Part shown: piece after piece, positions 1-13,759 of the stretch
How positions within the stretch are numbered: position 1 is the first letter of the stretch
How the letters are laid out: every line of letters begins with the position of its first letter
NCBI GenBank assembly: GCA_026770705.1
Contig: JANJGN010000035.1
Location: 12,958,001 to 13,022,000 of the forward strand
Direction of reading: 5' to 3'
Length of the DNA stretch: 64,000 nt
Origin: Isurus oxyrinchus
Lineage: Eukaryota
Program-made: the position numbers and the translations under genes
Notes under the pieces: generated by a model
Database searches by the model: none
Seen by the model: the letters and a program-made list of their open reading frames with translations, nothing else
Told to the model about the DNA's origin: nothing

Positions 1-3000
1 AGGTGTAAGGTTTTTCCCCTAGCCATCTGTGAGTGTACCTGTTCCCTATTTAGATGTGATTGTGTCCTTAGTCTGTCCGGTTGTCAATGTGTCAGTTCTC
101 TCTCAAGATTTGAATGTGTTTTTCCCCTATCCATTTGTGAGTGGGCCAGTTCCCTGTCCAGCTTTTCATGTGTCTTTACTCTGCCCAGTTGTGATTGTCA
201 GTGCCATATCCAGATGTGAATGGGCCTTTTCCCTGTCCAGTTGTGTTGGTGTCAGTTCCCTATCGAGGTGTGAGCGTTTGTCCCCTGTCCAGTTGAGAGT
301 GTGCCTGTTCCCTGTTCAGATGAGAGTGCGTCTTTAGTCTGTCCGGATGTGAGTGTGTCAGATCCCTGTCCAGATTTGAATGTGTCTTTTCCCTGTCCAG
401 ACGTGACTGGCTCAGTCTCACTGTACAGAAGTCAGTGTGTCATTTTGCTGTACAGTTGTGCGCATGTCAGTCTCCCTATCCAGAATTGAGCGTACGATTC
501 CCCTGTCCAATTGAGGATCAGTCTGTTCCCTGTCCAGGAGTGTGTGCTTTTACTCTGTCCAGTTGTGGTTGTGTCAGTTCCCTATCCAGATGTGAATGTT
601 TATTTCGTCTGGCTGGTTGTGAGTGGGCCAGTTCCCTATCCAGATGTAAATGTGCTATTACCCTATCCATTTGTGAGTGGGTAAGATCCCTGTGCAGGTG
701 TGTGAGCCTTTGCTCTGCCCATTCCTGATTGGTTCAGTTCCAAATCCATATATGAATGTGTCTTTAGCTTGTCCGGTTGTGAGTGTGTCAGTCCGCTGTC
801 CAGATGTTAAGGTGTCTTTAGCCTGTCCGGTTACGAGTGCTTCAGTTCCCTATCCAGTTGTTAATGTGTCTTAAAATTGTCCGGTTATGAGTGGGTCAGT
901 TCCCTATCCAGATGTAAATTTGTCTTTACCCTGACCAGCTGTGAGTGGGCCAGTTCCCTGTCCGTGTGTACAAGACTTTTCTCTGTCTGGTTGTGATTGG
1001 GTCAGTTCCATCTCCAGATGTGACTGTGCCTTTACACTGTCCAGTTGTGTTTGTGTCAGTTCCCTATCCAGATGTGAGCATTCTTCCGCTTTCCAGTTGT
1101 GAGTGTATCTGTTCCCTGTCCAGATGTAAATGTGCCTTTACACTGTCCAGCTGTGAGTGGGTAAGATCCCTGTGCAGGTGTGTGTGCCTTTGCTCTGCCC
1201 ATTCCTGATTGGTTCATTTCCATATCCAGATATGAATATGTCTTTAGCCTGTCCAGTTGTGAGTGGGTGAGTTCATTGTCCAGGTGTGAATGTGTCTTTC
1301 CACTATCAATTTGTAAGAGGGTCAGTTCCATGTCCAGGTTTTTATGTGTCTTTGCCATGTCCAGCTGTGAGTGGGTCAGTTCGCTGTCTAGGTGTGAGTG
1401 TGTTTTTCCTCTGTCCAGTTGTGATTGGTCAGTTCCCTTTCCAGCTGTGAATGTTTATTTAGTCTGTCCATTTGTGAGAGGGTCTGTTCCCTATCCAGAT
1501 GTAAATGTGACTTTATCCTGTCCAGCTGTGAGTGGATAAGATCCCTGTGCAGGTGTGTTTGCATTTACTCTGCCCATTCCTGATTGGTTCAGTTCCATAT
1601 CCAGATGTTAATGTGTTTATAGCATGTCCGTTTATGAATGCTTCAGTTCCCTATCTAGATTTTAATGTGTCTTTACCCTGTCCGGTTATGAGTGGGTCAA
1701 ATCCCTATCCAGATGTAAATGTGTCTTTGCCCTGACCAGCTGTGAGAGGGTCAGTTCCCTATCCGTGTGTGCATGTCTTTACTCTATCCAGTTGTGATTG
1801 CCAGATCCATATCCAGATGTGAATGTGCCTTTTCCCTGTCCAGTTCTGTTGGTGTCAGTTCCCTATCCAGGTGTGAGCGTTTATCCCCTGTCCAGTTGAG
1901 AGTGGGTCAGTTCCCTGTTCAGATGAGAATGTGTCTTTAGTCTGTCCGGATGTGAGTGTGTCAGATCCCTGTCCAGATTTGAACGTGTCTTTTCCCTCCA
2001 GATGTGAGTGGCTCAGTCTCACTGTCCAGAAGTCAGTGTGTCATTTTGCTGTCCAGTTGTGTTTATGTCAGTCTCCTTGTCCAGAATTGAGTGTACGATT
2101 CCCGTGTCAGGTTGAGAGTCAGTCTGTTCCCTGTCCAGGTGTGTATGCTTTTACTCCATCCAGTTGTGATTGTTTCAGTTCACTATCCGGGTGTGAATGT
2201 TTATTTTGACTGTCCAGTTGAGATTGGGTCAGTTCCCTATCCAGATATAAATGTGTCTTTACCCTATCCAACTGTGAGTGGGTACGATCCCTGTGCAGGT
2301 GTGTGAGCCTTTGCTCTGCCCATTCCTGATTGGTTCAGTTCCATATCCAGATATGAATGTGTCTTTTGCCTGTCCGGTTGTGAGTGTGTCAGTTCCCTGT
2401 CCAGGTGTTTATGTGTCTTTTGCCCGTCCAGTTAGTAGTGCTTCAGTTCCATATCCAGATGTTAATGTGCCTTTAGCCTGTTCAGTTGTGTTTGTGTCAG
2501 TTCCCTATACAGGTGTGAGCATTATTCCCCTGCCCAGTTGTGAGTGGGTCTGTTCCCTGTTCAAATGTTCATGTGTCTGTTCCCTGCCCAGTTGTGAGTG
2601 GTTCAGTCTCCCTGTGCAGAAGTCAGGGTGTATTTTCGTTGTCAAGTTGTGCGTGTGTCAGACTCCCTGTCCTGAATTGAGTGTACGATTCCCCTGTCCA
2701 CTTGAGAGTCAGTCAGTTCCCTGTCCAGGTGTATGTGCCTTTACTCTGTCCAGCTGTGAGTGGGTCAGTTCCCAATCCAGGTGTAATGTGTCTTTCCCCT
2801 AACAATTAGTGAGAAGGCCTGTTCCCTGTCCAGGTTTTTAAATGTCTTTAACATGTCTAGTTGTGATTGGATCTGTTCCCTATCCAGGTGTGTGTGCTTT
2901 TCCTCGGTCCAGTTGTGATTGGTCAGTTCCCTATCCAGATGTGAATGTTTATTTAGTCTGTCCATTTGTGAGTGGGCCAGTTCCCTATCCAGATGTAAAT

Positions 3001-6000
3001 GTGCCTTTACCCTGTCCAGGTGTCAGTGGGTAAGATCCCTGTGCAGGTGTGTGAGCCTTTGCTCTGCCCATTCCTGATTGAGTCAGTTCCATATCCATAT
3101 ATGAATGTGTCTTTAGCCTGGCCGGTTGTGACTAGGTCAGTTCCATGTCCAGATGTTAACTTGTCTTTAGCCTGTCCGATTATGAATGCTTCAGTTCCCT
3201 ATCCAGATGTTAATGTGTCTTCACCCTGTCCGATTATGAGTGGTTCAAATCCCTATGCAGACATAAATGTGTCTTTACCCTGACCAGCTGTGAGTTGGTC
3301 AGTTCCCTGTCTGTGTGTGCATTCCTTTACTCTGTCCAGTTGTGATTGTCAGTTCCATATCCAGATGTGAATGTGCCTTTACCCTGTCCAGTTTTGTTGG
3401 TGTCAGTTCTCTAGCCAGGTGTGAGCGTTTGTCCCCTGTCCAGTTGAGAGTGGGGCTATTCCCTGTTCAGATGTGAGTGTGTCTTTAGTCTGTCCGGATG
3501 TGAGTGTGTCAGATCCCTGTCCAGATTTGAATGTGTCTTTTCCCTGTTCAGACGTGAGTGACTCAGTCTCACTGTCCAGAAGTCAGTGTGTCATTTTTCT
3601 GTCCAGTTGTGCGTGTGTCGGTCTCCCTGTCCAGAATTGAGTGTACGATTCCCCTGTTCGGTTGAGAGTCAGTCTGTTCCTTGTCCAGGTGTGTGTGCCT
3701 TTACACTGTCAGTTGTGAATGTGTCGGTTCCCTGTCCAGATGTGAATGTGTCTTTAGCCTGTCCCGTAGTGAGTAGGTCACTTCCCTATCCAGATGTGAA
3801 TGTGTCTGTCCCCTACCCATTTGTGAGTGGGCCAGTTCCCTGTCCAGTTTTTTTATGTGTCTTTGCCATGTCCACTTGTGGGTGGTGAGTGGGTCAGTTC
3901 CCTGTCTTGGTGTGTGTGTCTTTAATCTATTCAGTTGCGATTGGGCCGGTCCCCTATCCAGATGTGAATGTTTATTTACTCTGTCCGGTTGTGATTGGGT
4001 CTGTTCCCTATCCAGGTGTGAGTGTGTTTTTCCTCTGTCCAGTTGTGATTGGGTCAGATCCCTATCCAGATGTGAATGTTTATTTAGTCTGTCCAGTTGT
4101 GAGTCGGTCAGTTCCCTATCCAGATGTAAATGTGCCTTTACCCTGTCCAAGTGTGAGTGTGTCAGCACCCTGTGCAGGTGTGCAAGCCTTTGCTCTGCCC
4201 ATTCCTGATTGGTTTAGTTCCATATCCAGATGTAAATGTGTCTTTAGCCTATCAGGTTATGAGTGCTTCAGTTCCATATCCAGATGTTAATGTGCCTTTA
4301 GCCTGTGCAGTTGTGTTTGTGTCAGTTATATATCCAGGTGTGAGCAATTTCCCCCTGTCCAGTTGTGAGTGGATCTGTTCCCTGTTCAGATGTGAATTTG
4401 TCTTGTGTTTGTCCGGTTGTGAGTGTTTCAGTTCCATATCCAGATGTGAATGTGTCTTTTGCCTGTCTGGTTGTGAGTGTGTCAGTTCCCTATCCAGGTG
4501 TGAATGTGTCTTTCCCCTATCCATTTTTGAGAGGGCCAGTTCCCTGTCCATATTTTTTTTATGTCTTTACCATGTCCAGTTGTGAGTGAGTCAGTTCCCT
4601 TTCTAGGTGTGAATGTGTCTTTAATCTGTCCAATTGTGATTGGGTCTGTTCCCTATCCAGGTGTGAGTGTGTTTTTCCTCTGTCCTGTTGTGTTTGGGTC
4701 AGTTCCCTATCCAGATGTGAATGTTTGTTTAGTCTGTCCGGTTGTGAGTGGGTCAGATCCCTATCCAGATGTAAATGTGCCTTTACCCTGTCCAACTGTG
4801 ATTGTGTAAGATCTCTGTGCAGATGTGTGTGCCTTTGCTCTGCCCATTCCTGATTGGTTCAGTTCCATATCCAGACGTGAATGTGTCTTTTGCCTGTCCG
4901 GTTATGAGTGCTTCATTTCCTATCCAGATGTGAATGTGTCTTTAGCCTGTCCAGTTGTGTTTGTGTCAGTTCCCTATACAGGTGTGAGCATTTTTCCCTT
5001 GACCAGTAGTGAGTGGGTCTGTTCCCTGTTCAGATGTGAATGTGTATTTTGTCCGTCAGGTTCTGAGTGTGTCAGTTCCATATCGAGATATGAATTTGTC
5101 TATTGCCTGTCCGGTTGTGAGTGTGTCAGTTACCTATCCAGATGTTAATGTGTCTTTACCCTGTCCGCTTATGAGTGGGTCAAATCCCTAACCAGATGTA
5201 TGTGTGTCTTTAGCCTGACCAACTGCGAGTGGGTCATTTCCCTGTACATGTGTGCATGTCTTTACTCTGTTCAGTTGTGATTGCGTCAGTTCCCTATCCA
5301 GGTGTGAATGTGTCTTTCCAGTATCAATTTGTGAGTGGGCCAGTTCCCTGTCCAGGTTTATATGTGTCTTTACCATGTCCAGTTTTGAGTGGGTCAGTTC
5401 CCTGTCTTGGTGTGTGTGTCTTTAATCTGTCCAGTTGTGATTGGGTCTGTTCCCTATCCAGGTGTGTGTGTTTTTCCTCTGTCCAGTTGTGATTGGTCAG
5501 TTCCCTATACAGATGTAATGTTTACTTAGTCTGTCCAGTTGTGAGTGGACCAGTTCCCTATCCAGATGTAAGTGTGCCTTTACCCTGTCCAGCTGTGAGT
5601 GGGTAAGATCCCTGTGCTGCTGTGTGTGCCTTTGCTCTGCCCATTCCTGATTTGTTGAAGTCCATATCCAGATATGAATGTGTCTTTAGCCTGTCCTGTT
5701 GTGAGTGAGTCAGTTCCCTGTCCAGTTGTTAATGTGTCTTTAGGCTGCCTGGTTATGAATGCTGCAGTTCCCTATCCAGATGTTAATGTACCTTTACTCT
5801 GTCCAGTTGTGATTTGTGTCAGTTCCCTATCCAAATGTGAATATGTCTTTAGCCTGTCCGCTTGTGAGTGGGTCAGTTCCCTATCCAGGTGTGAATGTCT
5901 CTTTCCCCTATCCATTAGTGAGAGGGCCAGTTCCTTGTCCAGACTTTCACGTGTCTTTACCCTGTCCAGATGTGATTGGGTCTGTTCCCTATACGGGAGT

Positions 6001-7674
6001 GAGTTTGTTTTTCTTCTGTCCAGTTGTTGTTGGGTCAGTTCCCTATCCACATGTGAATGTTTATTTAGTCTGTCTAGATGTGAGTCAGTCAATTACCTTT
6101 CCAGATGTAAATGTGCCTTTACCCTGTCCAACTGTGAGTGGGTAAGATCCCTGTGCAGCAGTGTGTGCTTTTGCTCTGCCCATTCCTGATTGGTTCAGTT
6201 CCATATCCAGATGTGAATGCGTCTTTAGCCTATCAGGTTATGAGTGCTTCAGTTCCATATCCAGATGTTAATGTGCCTTTAGCCTGTGCAGTTGTGTTTG
6301 TGTCAGTTATATATCCAGGTGTGAGCAATATTCCCCTGTCCAGTTGTGAGTGGATCTGTTCCCTGTTCAGATGTGAATTTGTCTTGTGTTTGTCCGGTTG
6401 TGAGTGTTTCAGTTCCATATCCAGATGTGAATGTGTCTTTTGCCTGTCTGGTTGTGAGTGTGTCAGTTGCCTATCCAGATATTAATTGTTCTTTACTCTG
6501 TCCAGTTGTGATTGGGTCAGTTCCCTATCCAGGTGTGAATGTGTCTTTCCCCTATCCATTTTTGAGAGGGCCAGTTCCCTGTCCATATTTTTTTATGTCT
6601 TTACCATGTCCAGTTGTGAGTGGGTCAGTTCCCTTTCTAGGTGTATGTGTCTTTAATCTGTCCAGTTGTGATTGGGTCTGTTACATATCCAGATGTGAAT
6701 GTGTCTTTAGCCTGTCCAGTTGTGTCAGTTCCCTATACAGGTGTGAGCATTTTTCCCTTGACCCGTTGTGAGTGGGTCTGTCCCCTGTTCAGATGTGAAT
6801 GTGTATTTTGTCTGTCAGGTTCTGAGTGTGTCAGTTCCATATCAAGATATGAATTTGTCTTTTGCCTGTCAGGTTGTGAGTGTGTCAGTTACCTTTCAGA
6901 TGTTAAAGTGTCTTTACCATGTCCGCTTATGAGTGGGTCAAATCCCTAACCAGATGTACATGTGTCTTTAGCCTGACCAACTGCGAGTGGGTCATTTCCC
7001 TGTACATGTGTGCATGTCTTTACTCTGTCCAGTTGTGATTGCGTCAGTTCCTTATCCAGGTCTGAATGTCTCTTTCCCCTATCCATTAGTGAGTGGGCCA
7101 GTTCCTTGTCCAGATTTTCATGTGTCTTTATCCTGTCCAGATGTGATTGGGTCTGTTCCCTATACAGGTGTCAGTTTGTTTTTCTTCTGTCCAGTTGTTT
7201 TTGGGTCAGTTCCCTATTCACATGTGAATGTTTATTTAGTCTGTCTAGATGTGAGTCAGTCAATTCCCTTTCCAGATGTAAATGTGCCTTTACCCTGTCC
7301 AACTGTGTGGGTAAGATCCCTGTGCAGCAGTGTGTGCTTTTGCTCTGCCCATTCCTAATTGGTTCAGTTCCATATCCAGATTTGAATGTGCCTTTAGCCT
7401 GTCAGTTTATGAGTGCTTCAGTTCCATATCCAGATGTGAATGTGCCTTTAGCCTGTCCAGTTGTCTTTGTGTCAGTTCCCTATCCAGGTGTGAGCATTTT
7501 TACCGTGACCCTGTTCTGAGTGCTTCAGTTCCCTATCGAGAAGTGAATATGACTTTACCCTGTCCAGTTATGAGTGGGGCAGTTCCCTGTCTAGGTGTGT
7601 GTGTCTTTAATCTGTCCAGTTGTGATTGGGTCTGTTCCCTTTCCAGATGTGAATGTTTATTTAGTCTGTCCAGT

Positions 7675-10600
7675 TGTGATTGGGTCAGTTCCCTATCCAG
7701 ATGTAAATGTGCCTTTACCCTGTACAACTGTGAGTGGGTAAGATCTCTGTGCAGGTGTGTGTGCTTTTGCTCTGCCCATTCCTGATTGGTTCAGTTCCAT
7801 ATCCAGATATGAATGTGCCTTCAGCCTGTCCAGTTGTGTTTGTGTCAGTTCCCTATCCAGGTTGAGCGTTTTTCCCCTGTCCAGTTGTGAGTGGGTCTGC
7901 TCCCTGTTCAGATGTTAATGTGTCTTTAATGTGTCCGCTTGTGAGTGTGTCAGTTCCCTGTCCAGATTTGAATGTGTCTTTTCCCTGTCCAGTCATGAGA
8001 GGCTCAGTCTCCCTGTCCAGAACTCAGTGTGGCTTTTCGCTGTCCAGTTGTGTGTGTATCAGTGCCCCTGGCCAGAATTGAGTGTACAATTCTGGTGTCC
8101 GGTTCAAAGTCAGTCAATTCCCTGTCCAGGTGTCTGTGCCTTTACTCTGTCCAGCTGTGATTGTGAATATGTCTTTACCCTGCCCAGTTGTGATTGGGTC
8201 AGTTCCCTGTCTAGGTGTGAATGTGTCTTTAATCTGTCCAGTGGTGATTGGTCTGTTCCCTTTCCAGGTGTAAGTATGTTTTTCCTTTGTCCTGTGATGA
8301 GTGGGTCTGTTACTTATCCAGATGTGAATGTTTTTTTAGTCTGTCCAGTTGTGAGTGGGACAGTTCCCTATCCAGATGTAAATATGCCTTTACCCTGTCC
8401 AACTGTGAGTGGGCAAGGTCCCTGTGCAGGTTTGTGTGCCTTTCCTCTTCCCATTCCTGATTGGTTCAGTTCCATATCCAGATGCGAATGTATCTTTTTT
8501 CTGTCTGGTTCTAAGTGTGTCATTTCCCTGTCCAGATGTTAATGTGTGTTTAGCCTGTCCAGTTATGAGCATTTCAGTTCCCTATCCATATATTAATGTA
8601 TCTTTACGTGTCCGGTTATGACTTGGTCAGTTCCCTATCCAGATGTAAATGTGTTTTTAGTCTGACCAGCTGTGAGTGGGTCACTTCCCTATCCATGTGT
8701 GCATGTCTTTACTCTGTCCGGTTGTGACTGGGTCAGTTCCATATCCAGATGTGAGCGTTTTTCCCCTGTCCATTTGTGAGTGTACCTGTTCCCTATTCCG
8801 ATGTGAATGTGTCTTTATTCTGTCCAGTTGTGTTTGTGTCAGTTCCCTATCCAGATGTGAGCGTTTTTCCCCTGTCCATTTGTGAGTGTACCTGTTCCCT
8901 ATTCCGATGTGAATGTGTCTTTATTCTGTCCAGTTTTGAATGTGTCAGTTCCCTTTCCATATTTGAATATGTCTTTTCCCTGTCCAGTCGTGAGTGGCTC
9001 CCTCTCCCTGTCCAAAAGTCAGTGAGTCTTTTAGCTGTCCAGTTGTGCGTGTTTCAGTCTCCCGGTCCAGAATTGAGTGTACGATTCCACCGTACGTTTG
9101 AGAGTCAGTCAGTTCCCTGTCCACGTGTGTGTGCTTTTACTCAGTCCAGTTGTGATTGTGTCAGTTCGCTATCCAGGTGTGAATGTGTCTTTCCAGTATC
9201 AATTTGTGAGTGGGCCAGTTCCCTGTCCAGGTTTTTATGTGTATTTACCATGTGCAGTTGTGAGTTGGTCAGTTCCCTGTCTTGGTGTGTGTGTCTTTAA
9301 TCTGTCCAGTTGTGATTCGGTCTGTTCCCTATCCAGGTGTGAGTGTGTTTTTCCTCTGTCCAGTTGTGATTGGTCAGTTTCCTATCCAGATGTAATGTTT
9401 ACTTAGTCTGTCCAGTTGTGAGTGGACCAGTTCCCTATCCAGATGTAAGTGTGCCTTTTCCCTGTCCAGCTGTGAGTGGGTAAGATCCCTGTGCAGTTGT
9501 GTGTGCATTTGCTCTGCCCATTCATGATTGGTTGAGGTCAATATCCAGGTATGAATGTGTCTTTAGCTTGTTCCGTTGTGAGTGAGTCAGTTCCCTGTCC
9601 AGTTGTTAATGTGTCTTTAGGCTGTCTGGTTATGAATGCTGCAGTTCCCTATCCAGATGTTAACGTGCCTTTACTCTGTCCAGTTGTAATTTGTGTCAGT
9701 TCCCTATCCAGATGTGAATATGTCTTTAGCCTGTCCGCTTGTGAGTGGGTCAGTTCCCTATCCAGGTGTGAAAGTGTCTTTCCCCTATCCATTAGTGAGA
9801 GGGCCAGTTCCTTGTCCAGATTTTCACGTGTCTTTACCCTGTCCAGATGTGTTTGGGTCTGTTCCCTATCCAGGTGTGAGAGTGATTTTCCTCTGTCCAG
9901 TTGTGTTTGGATCAGTTCCCTATCCACATGTGAATGTTTATTTAATCTGTCTAGTTGTGAGTCAGTCAGTTCCCTTTCCAGATGTAAATGTGCCTTTACC
10001 CTGTCCAGTTGTGAGTGGGTAAGTTCCCTGTGCATGTTTGTGTTTCTTTGCTCTGCCCATCCCTGAGTGGTTCATTTCCATATCCAGATATGAATGTGTC
10101 TTTAGCCTCTCTGGTTGTGAGTGCTTCACTTCCCTATCCAGATGTAAATGTGTCTTTACCCTGACCAGTTGTGTTTGTGTCAGTTCCCTGTCCATGTGTG
10201 CATGCCTTACTCTGTCCAGTTGTGATTGCGTCAGTTCCATATAGAAATGTGAATGTGCCTTTAGCCTGTCCAGTTATATTTGTGTCAGTTCCCTTTTCAG
10301 GTGTGAGCGTTTTTCCCCTGTCCAGGTGTGATTGGGTCAGTTCCCTATCCAGATGTAAATGTGCCTTTACCCTGTCCAACTGTGAGTGGGTAAGATCCCT
10401 GAGCAGGTGTGTGAGCATTTGCTCTGCCCATTCCTGATTGGTTCAGTTCCATATCCAGATGTGAATGTGCCTTTAGCCTGTCCAGTTGTGTTTATGTCAG
10501 TTCCCTATCCAGGTTGAGCGTTTTTCCCCTGTCCAGTTGTGAGTCGGTCTGCTCCCTGTTCAGATGTTAATGTGTCTTTAGTGTGTCCGGTTGTGAGTGT

Positions 10601-12595
10601 GTCAGTTCCCAGTCCAGATTTGAATGCGGCTTTTCCCTGTCCAGTCATAAGTGGCTCAGTCTCCCTGTCCAGAAGTCAGTATGTCTTTTCGCTGTCCAGT
10701 TGTGCGTATATCAGTGCCCCTGGCCAGAATTGAGTGTACAATTCTGGTGTCCAGTTGAAAGTCAGTCAGTTCCCTGTCCAGGTGTCTGTGCCTTTACTCT
10801 GTCCAGCTGTGATTGTGAATATGTCTTTACCCTGCCCAGTTTTGAGTGGGTCAGTTCCCTGTCTCGGTGTGTGTGTCTTTAATCTGTCCAGTGGTGATTG
10901 GTCTGTTCCCTTTCCAGGTGTAAGTATGTTTTTCCTTTGTCCTGTCGTGAGCGGGTCTGTTCCTTATCCAGATATGAATGTTTTTTTAGTCTGTCCGGAT
11001 GTGAGTGGGTCAGTTCCCTATCCAGATGTAAATATGCCTTTACCCTGTCCAACTGTGAGTGGGCAAGGTCCCTGTGCAGGTTTGTGTGCCTTTCCTCTTC
11101 CCATTCCTGATTGGTTCAGTTCCATATCCTGATGCGAATGTGTCTTTTTTCTGTCCGGTTGTGAGTGTGTCAGTTCCCTGTCCAGATGTTAATGTGTGTT
11201 TAGCCTGTCCGGTTATGACTTGGTCAGTTCCCTATCCAGATGTAAATGTATTTTTAGTCTGACCAGCTGTGAGTGGGTCACTTCCCTGTCCATGTGTGCA
11301 TGTCTTTACTCTGTCCGGTTGTGACTGGGTCAGTTCCATATCCAGCTGTGAATGTGCCTTTAGCCTGTCCAGTTGTCTTTGTGTCAGTTCCCTATCCAGG
11401 TGTGAGCATTTTTCCCCTGTCCAGTTGTGAGTGTACCTTTTCCCTGTTCAGATGTGAATGTGACTTTAGTCTGTCCAGTTGTATTTGTGTCAGTTCCCTA
11501 TCCAGGTGTGAGCATTTTTCCCCTGTCCAGTTGTGAGTGTACGTTTTCCCTGTTCAGATGTGAATGTGACTTTAGTCTGTCCAGTTATGTATGTGTCAGT
11601 TCCCTTTCCAAATTTGAATATGTCTTTTCCCTGTCCAGTCGTGAGTTGCTCAATCTCCCTGTCCAAAAGTCAGTGTGTCTTCGCTGTCCAGTTGTGCGTA
11701 TTTCAGTCTCCCGGTCCAGAATTGCGTGTACGATTTCACTGTCGGTTTGAGAGTCAGTCAGTTCCCTGTACACATGTGTGTGCTTTTACTCTGTTCAGTT
11801 GTGATTGCGTCAGTTCCCTATCCAGGTGTGAATGTGTCTTTCCAGTATCAATTTGTGAGTGGGCCAGTTCCCCGTCCAGGTTTTTATGTGTCTTTACCAT
11901 GTGCAGTTGTGAGTTGGTCAGTTCCCTGTCTTGGTGTGTGTGTCTTTAATCTGTCCAGTTGTGACTGGGTCTGTTCCCTATCCAGGTGTGAGTGTGTTTT
12001 TCCTCTGTCCGGTTGTGATTGGTCAGTTCCCTATACAGATGTAATATTTACTTAGTCTGTCCAGTTGTGAGTGGACCAGTTCCCTATCCAAATGTAAGTG
12101 TGCCTTTACCCTGTCCAGCTGTGAGTGGGTAAGATCCCTGTGCTGCTGTGTGTGCCTTTGCCCAGCCCATTCCTGATTGGTTGAGGTCCATATCCAGATA
12201 TGAATGTGTCTTTAGCCTGTCCTGTTGTGAGTGAGTCAGTTCCCTGTCCAGTTGTTATTGTGTCTTTAGGCTGTCTGGTTATGAATACTACAGTTCGCTA
12301 TCCAGATGTTAATGTGCCTTTACTCTGTCCAGTTGTGATTTGTGTCAGTTCCCTATCCAAATGTGAATATGTCTTTAGCTTGTCCGCTTGTGAATGGGTC
12401 AGTTCCCTATCCAGGTGTGAAAATGTCTTTCCCCTATCCATTAGTGAGAGGGCCAGTTCCTTGTCCAGATTTTCACGTGTCTTTACCCTGTCCAGATGTG
12501 ATTGGTTCTGTTCCCTATCCAGGTGTGAGTATGTTTTTCCTCTGACCAGTTGTGTTTGGGTCAGTTCCCTATCCACATGTGAATGTTTATTTAGT
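7675..12595 (+). repeat. ~2.65-kb higher-order duplication within the satellite (copies ~7675-9945 and ~10327-12595)
   Basis: Shared private variants at a nearly constant offset: the GGTTGAGCG deletion variant at 7860/10512, and paired near-identical ORFs at 8082/10734, 8409/11059, 9551/12200 and 9693/12342 (offsets 2649-2652). Boundaries are approximate. Confidence 0.85.
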
Positions 12596-13759
12596 CAGTT
12601 TCCTGTCCACATTTGAATGTGTCTTTTCCCTATCCAGCAGCGAGTGGCTCAGTCACCCTGTCCAGAAGTCAGTGTGTCTTTTCGCTGTCCAGATGTGCGT
12701 GTGTCAGTCTCCCTATCCAGAATTGAGTGTATGATTCCCCTATCTGGTTGAAAGTCAGTCAGTTCCCTGTCCACGTGTCTGTGCCTTTATTCTGTCCAGT
12801 TGTGAGTGGGTCAGTTCCCTATCCAGTTGTGAATGTTTATTTAGTTTGTCTTGTTGTGAGTAAGTCAGTTCCCTAACCAGATGTAAATGTGCCTTTACCC
12901 TGGCCAACTGTGAGTGTGTAAGATCCCTGTGCAGGAGTGTGTACCTTTGCTCTGCCCATTCCTGATTGGTTCAGTTCCATATCCAGATTTGAATGTGCTT
13001 TTAGCCTGTCAGTTTATGAGTGTTTCAGTTCCATATTGAGATGTGAATGTGCCTTTAGCCTGTCCAGTTGTCTTTGTGTTAGTTCCCTATCCAGGTGTGA
13101 GCATTTTTATCCTGTCCCTGTTCTGAGTGCTTCAGTTCCCTATCGAGATGTGAATATGACTTTACCCTGTCCAGTTGTGAGTGGGTCAGTTCCCTGTCTA
13201 GGCGTGTGTGTCTTTAATCTGTCCAGTTGTGATTGGGTCTGTTCCCTTTCCAGATGTAAGTGTTTATTTAGTCTGTACGGTTGAGTGGGTCAGTTCCCTA
13301 TCCAGATGTAACTGTGCCTTTACCCTGTCCAGTTGTGAGTGGGTAATGTCCCTGTGCAGGTTTGTATGCCTTTGCTCTGCCCATCCCTGACTGGTTCATT
13401 TCCTTATCCAAATATGAATGTGTCTTTAGCCTGTCTGGTTGTGAGTGCTTCAGGTCCCTATCCAGATGTAAATGTGTCTTTACCCTGACCAGTTGTGAGT
13501 GGGTCAGTTCCCTGTCCATGTGTGCATGTCTTTACTCTGTCCAGTTGTGATTGTGTCAGTTCAATATCCAGATGTGATTGTGCCTTTAGCCTGTCCAGTT
13601 GTATTTATGTTATTTCCCTATCCATGTGTGAGCGTTTTTCCCCTGTCCAGTTGTGAGTGAGTAAGATCCCTTTGCAGGGTCTGTGTGCCTTTGCTCTGCC
13701 CATCCCTGATTGGTTCAGTTCCATATCCAGATGTGAATGTGTCTTTAGCCTGTCCGGTT

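Noticed and set aside
1-13750. PDVNVSLP peptide resembling AHNAK/periaxin repeats
   Set aside because: It lacks the Lys/Gly-rich repeat context and long open frame of those genes. The similarity is short and low-complexity.
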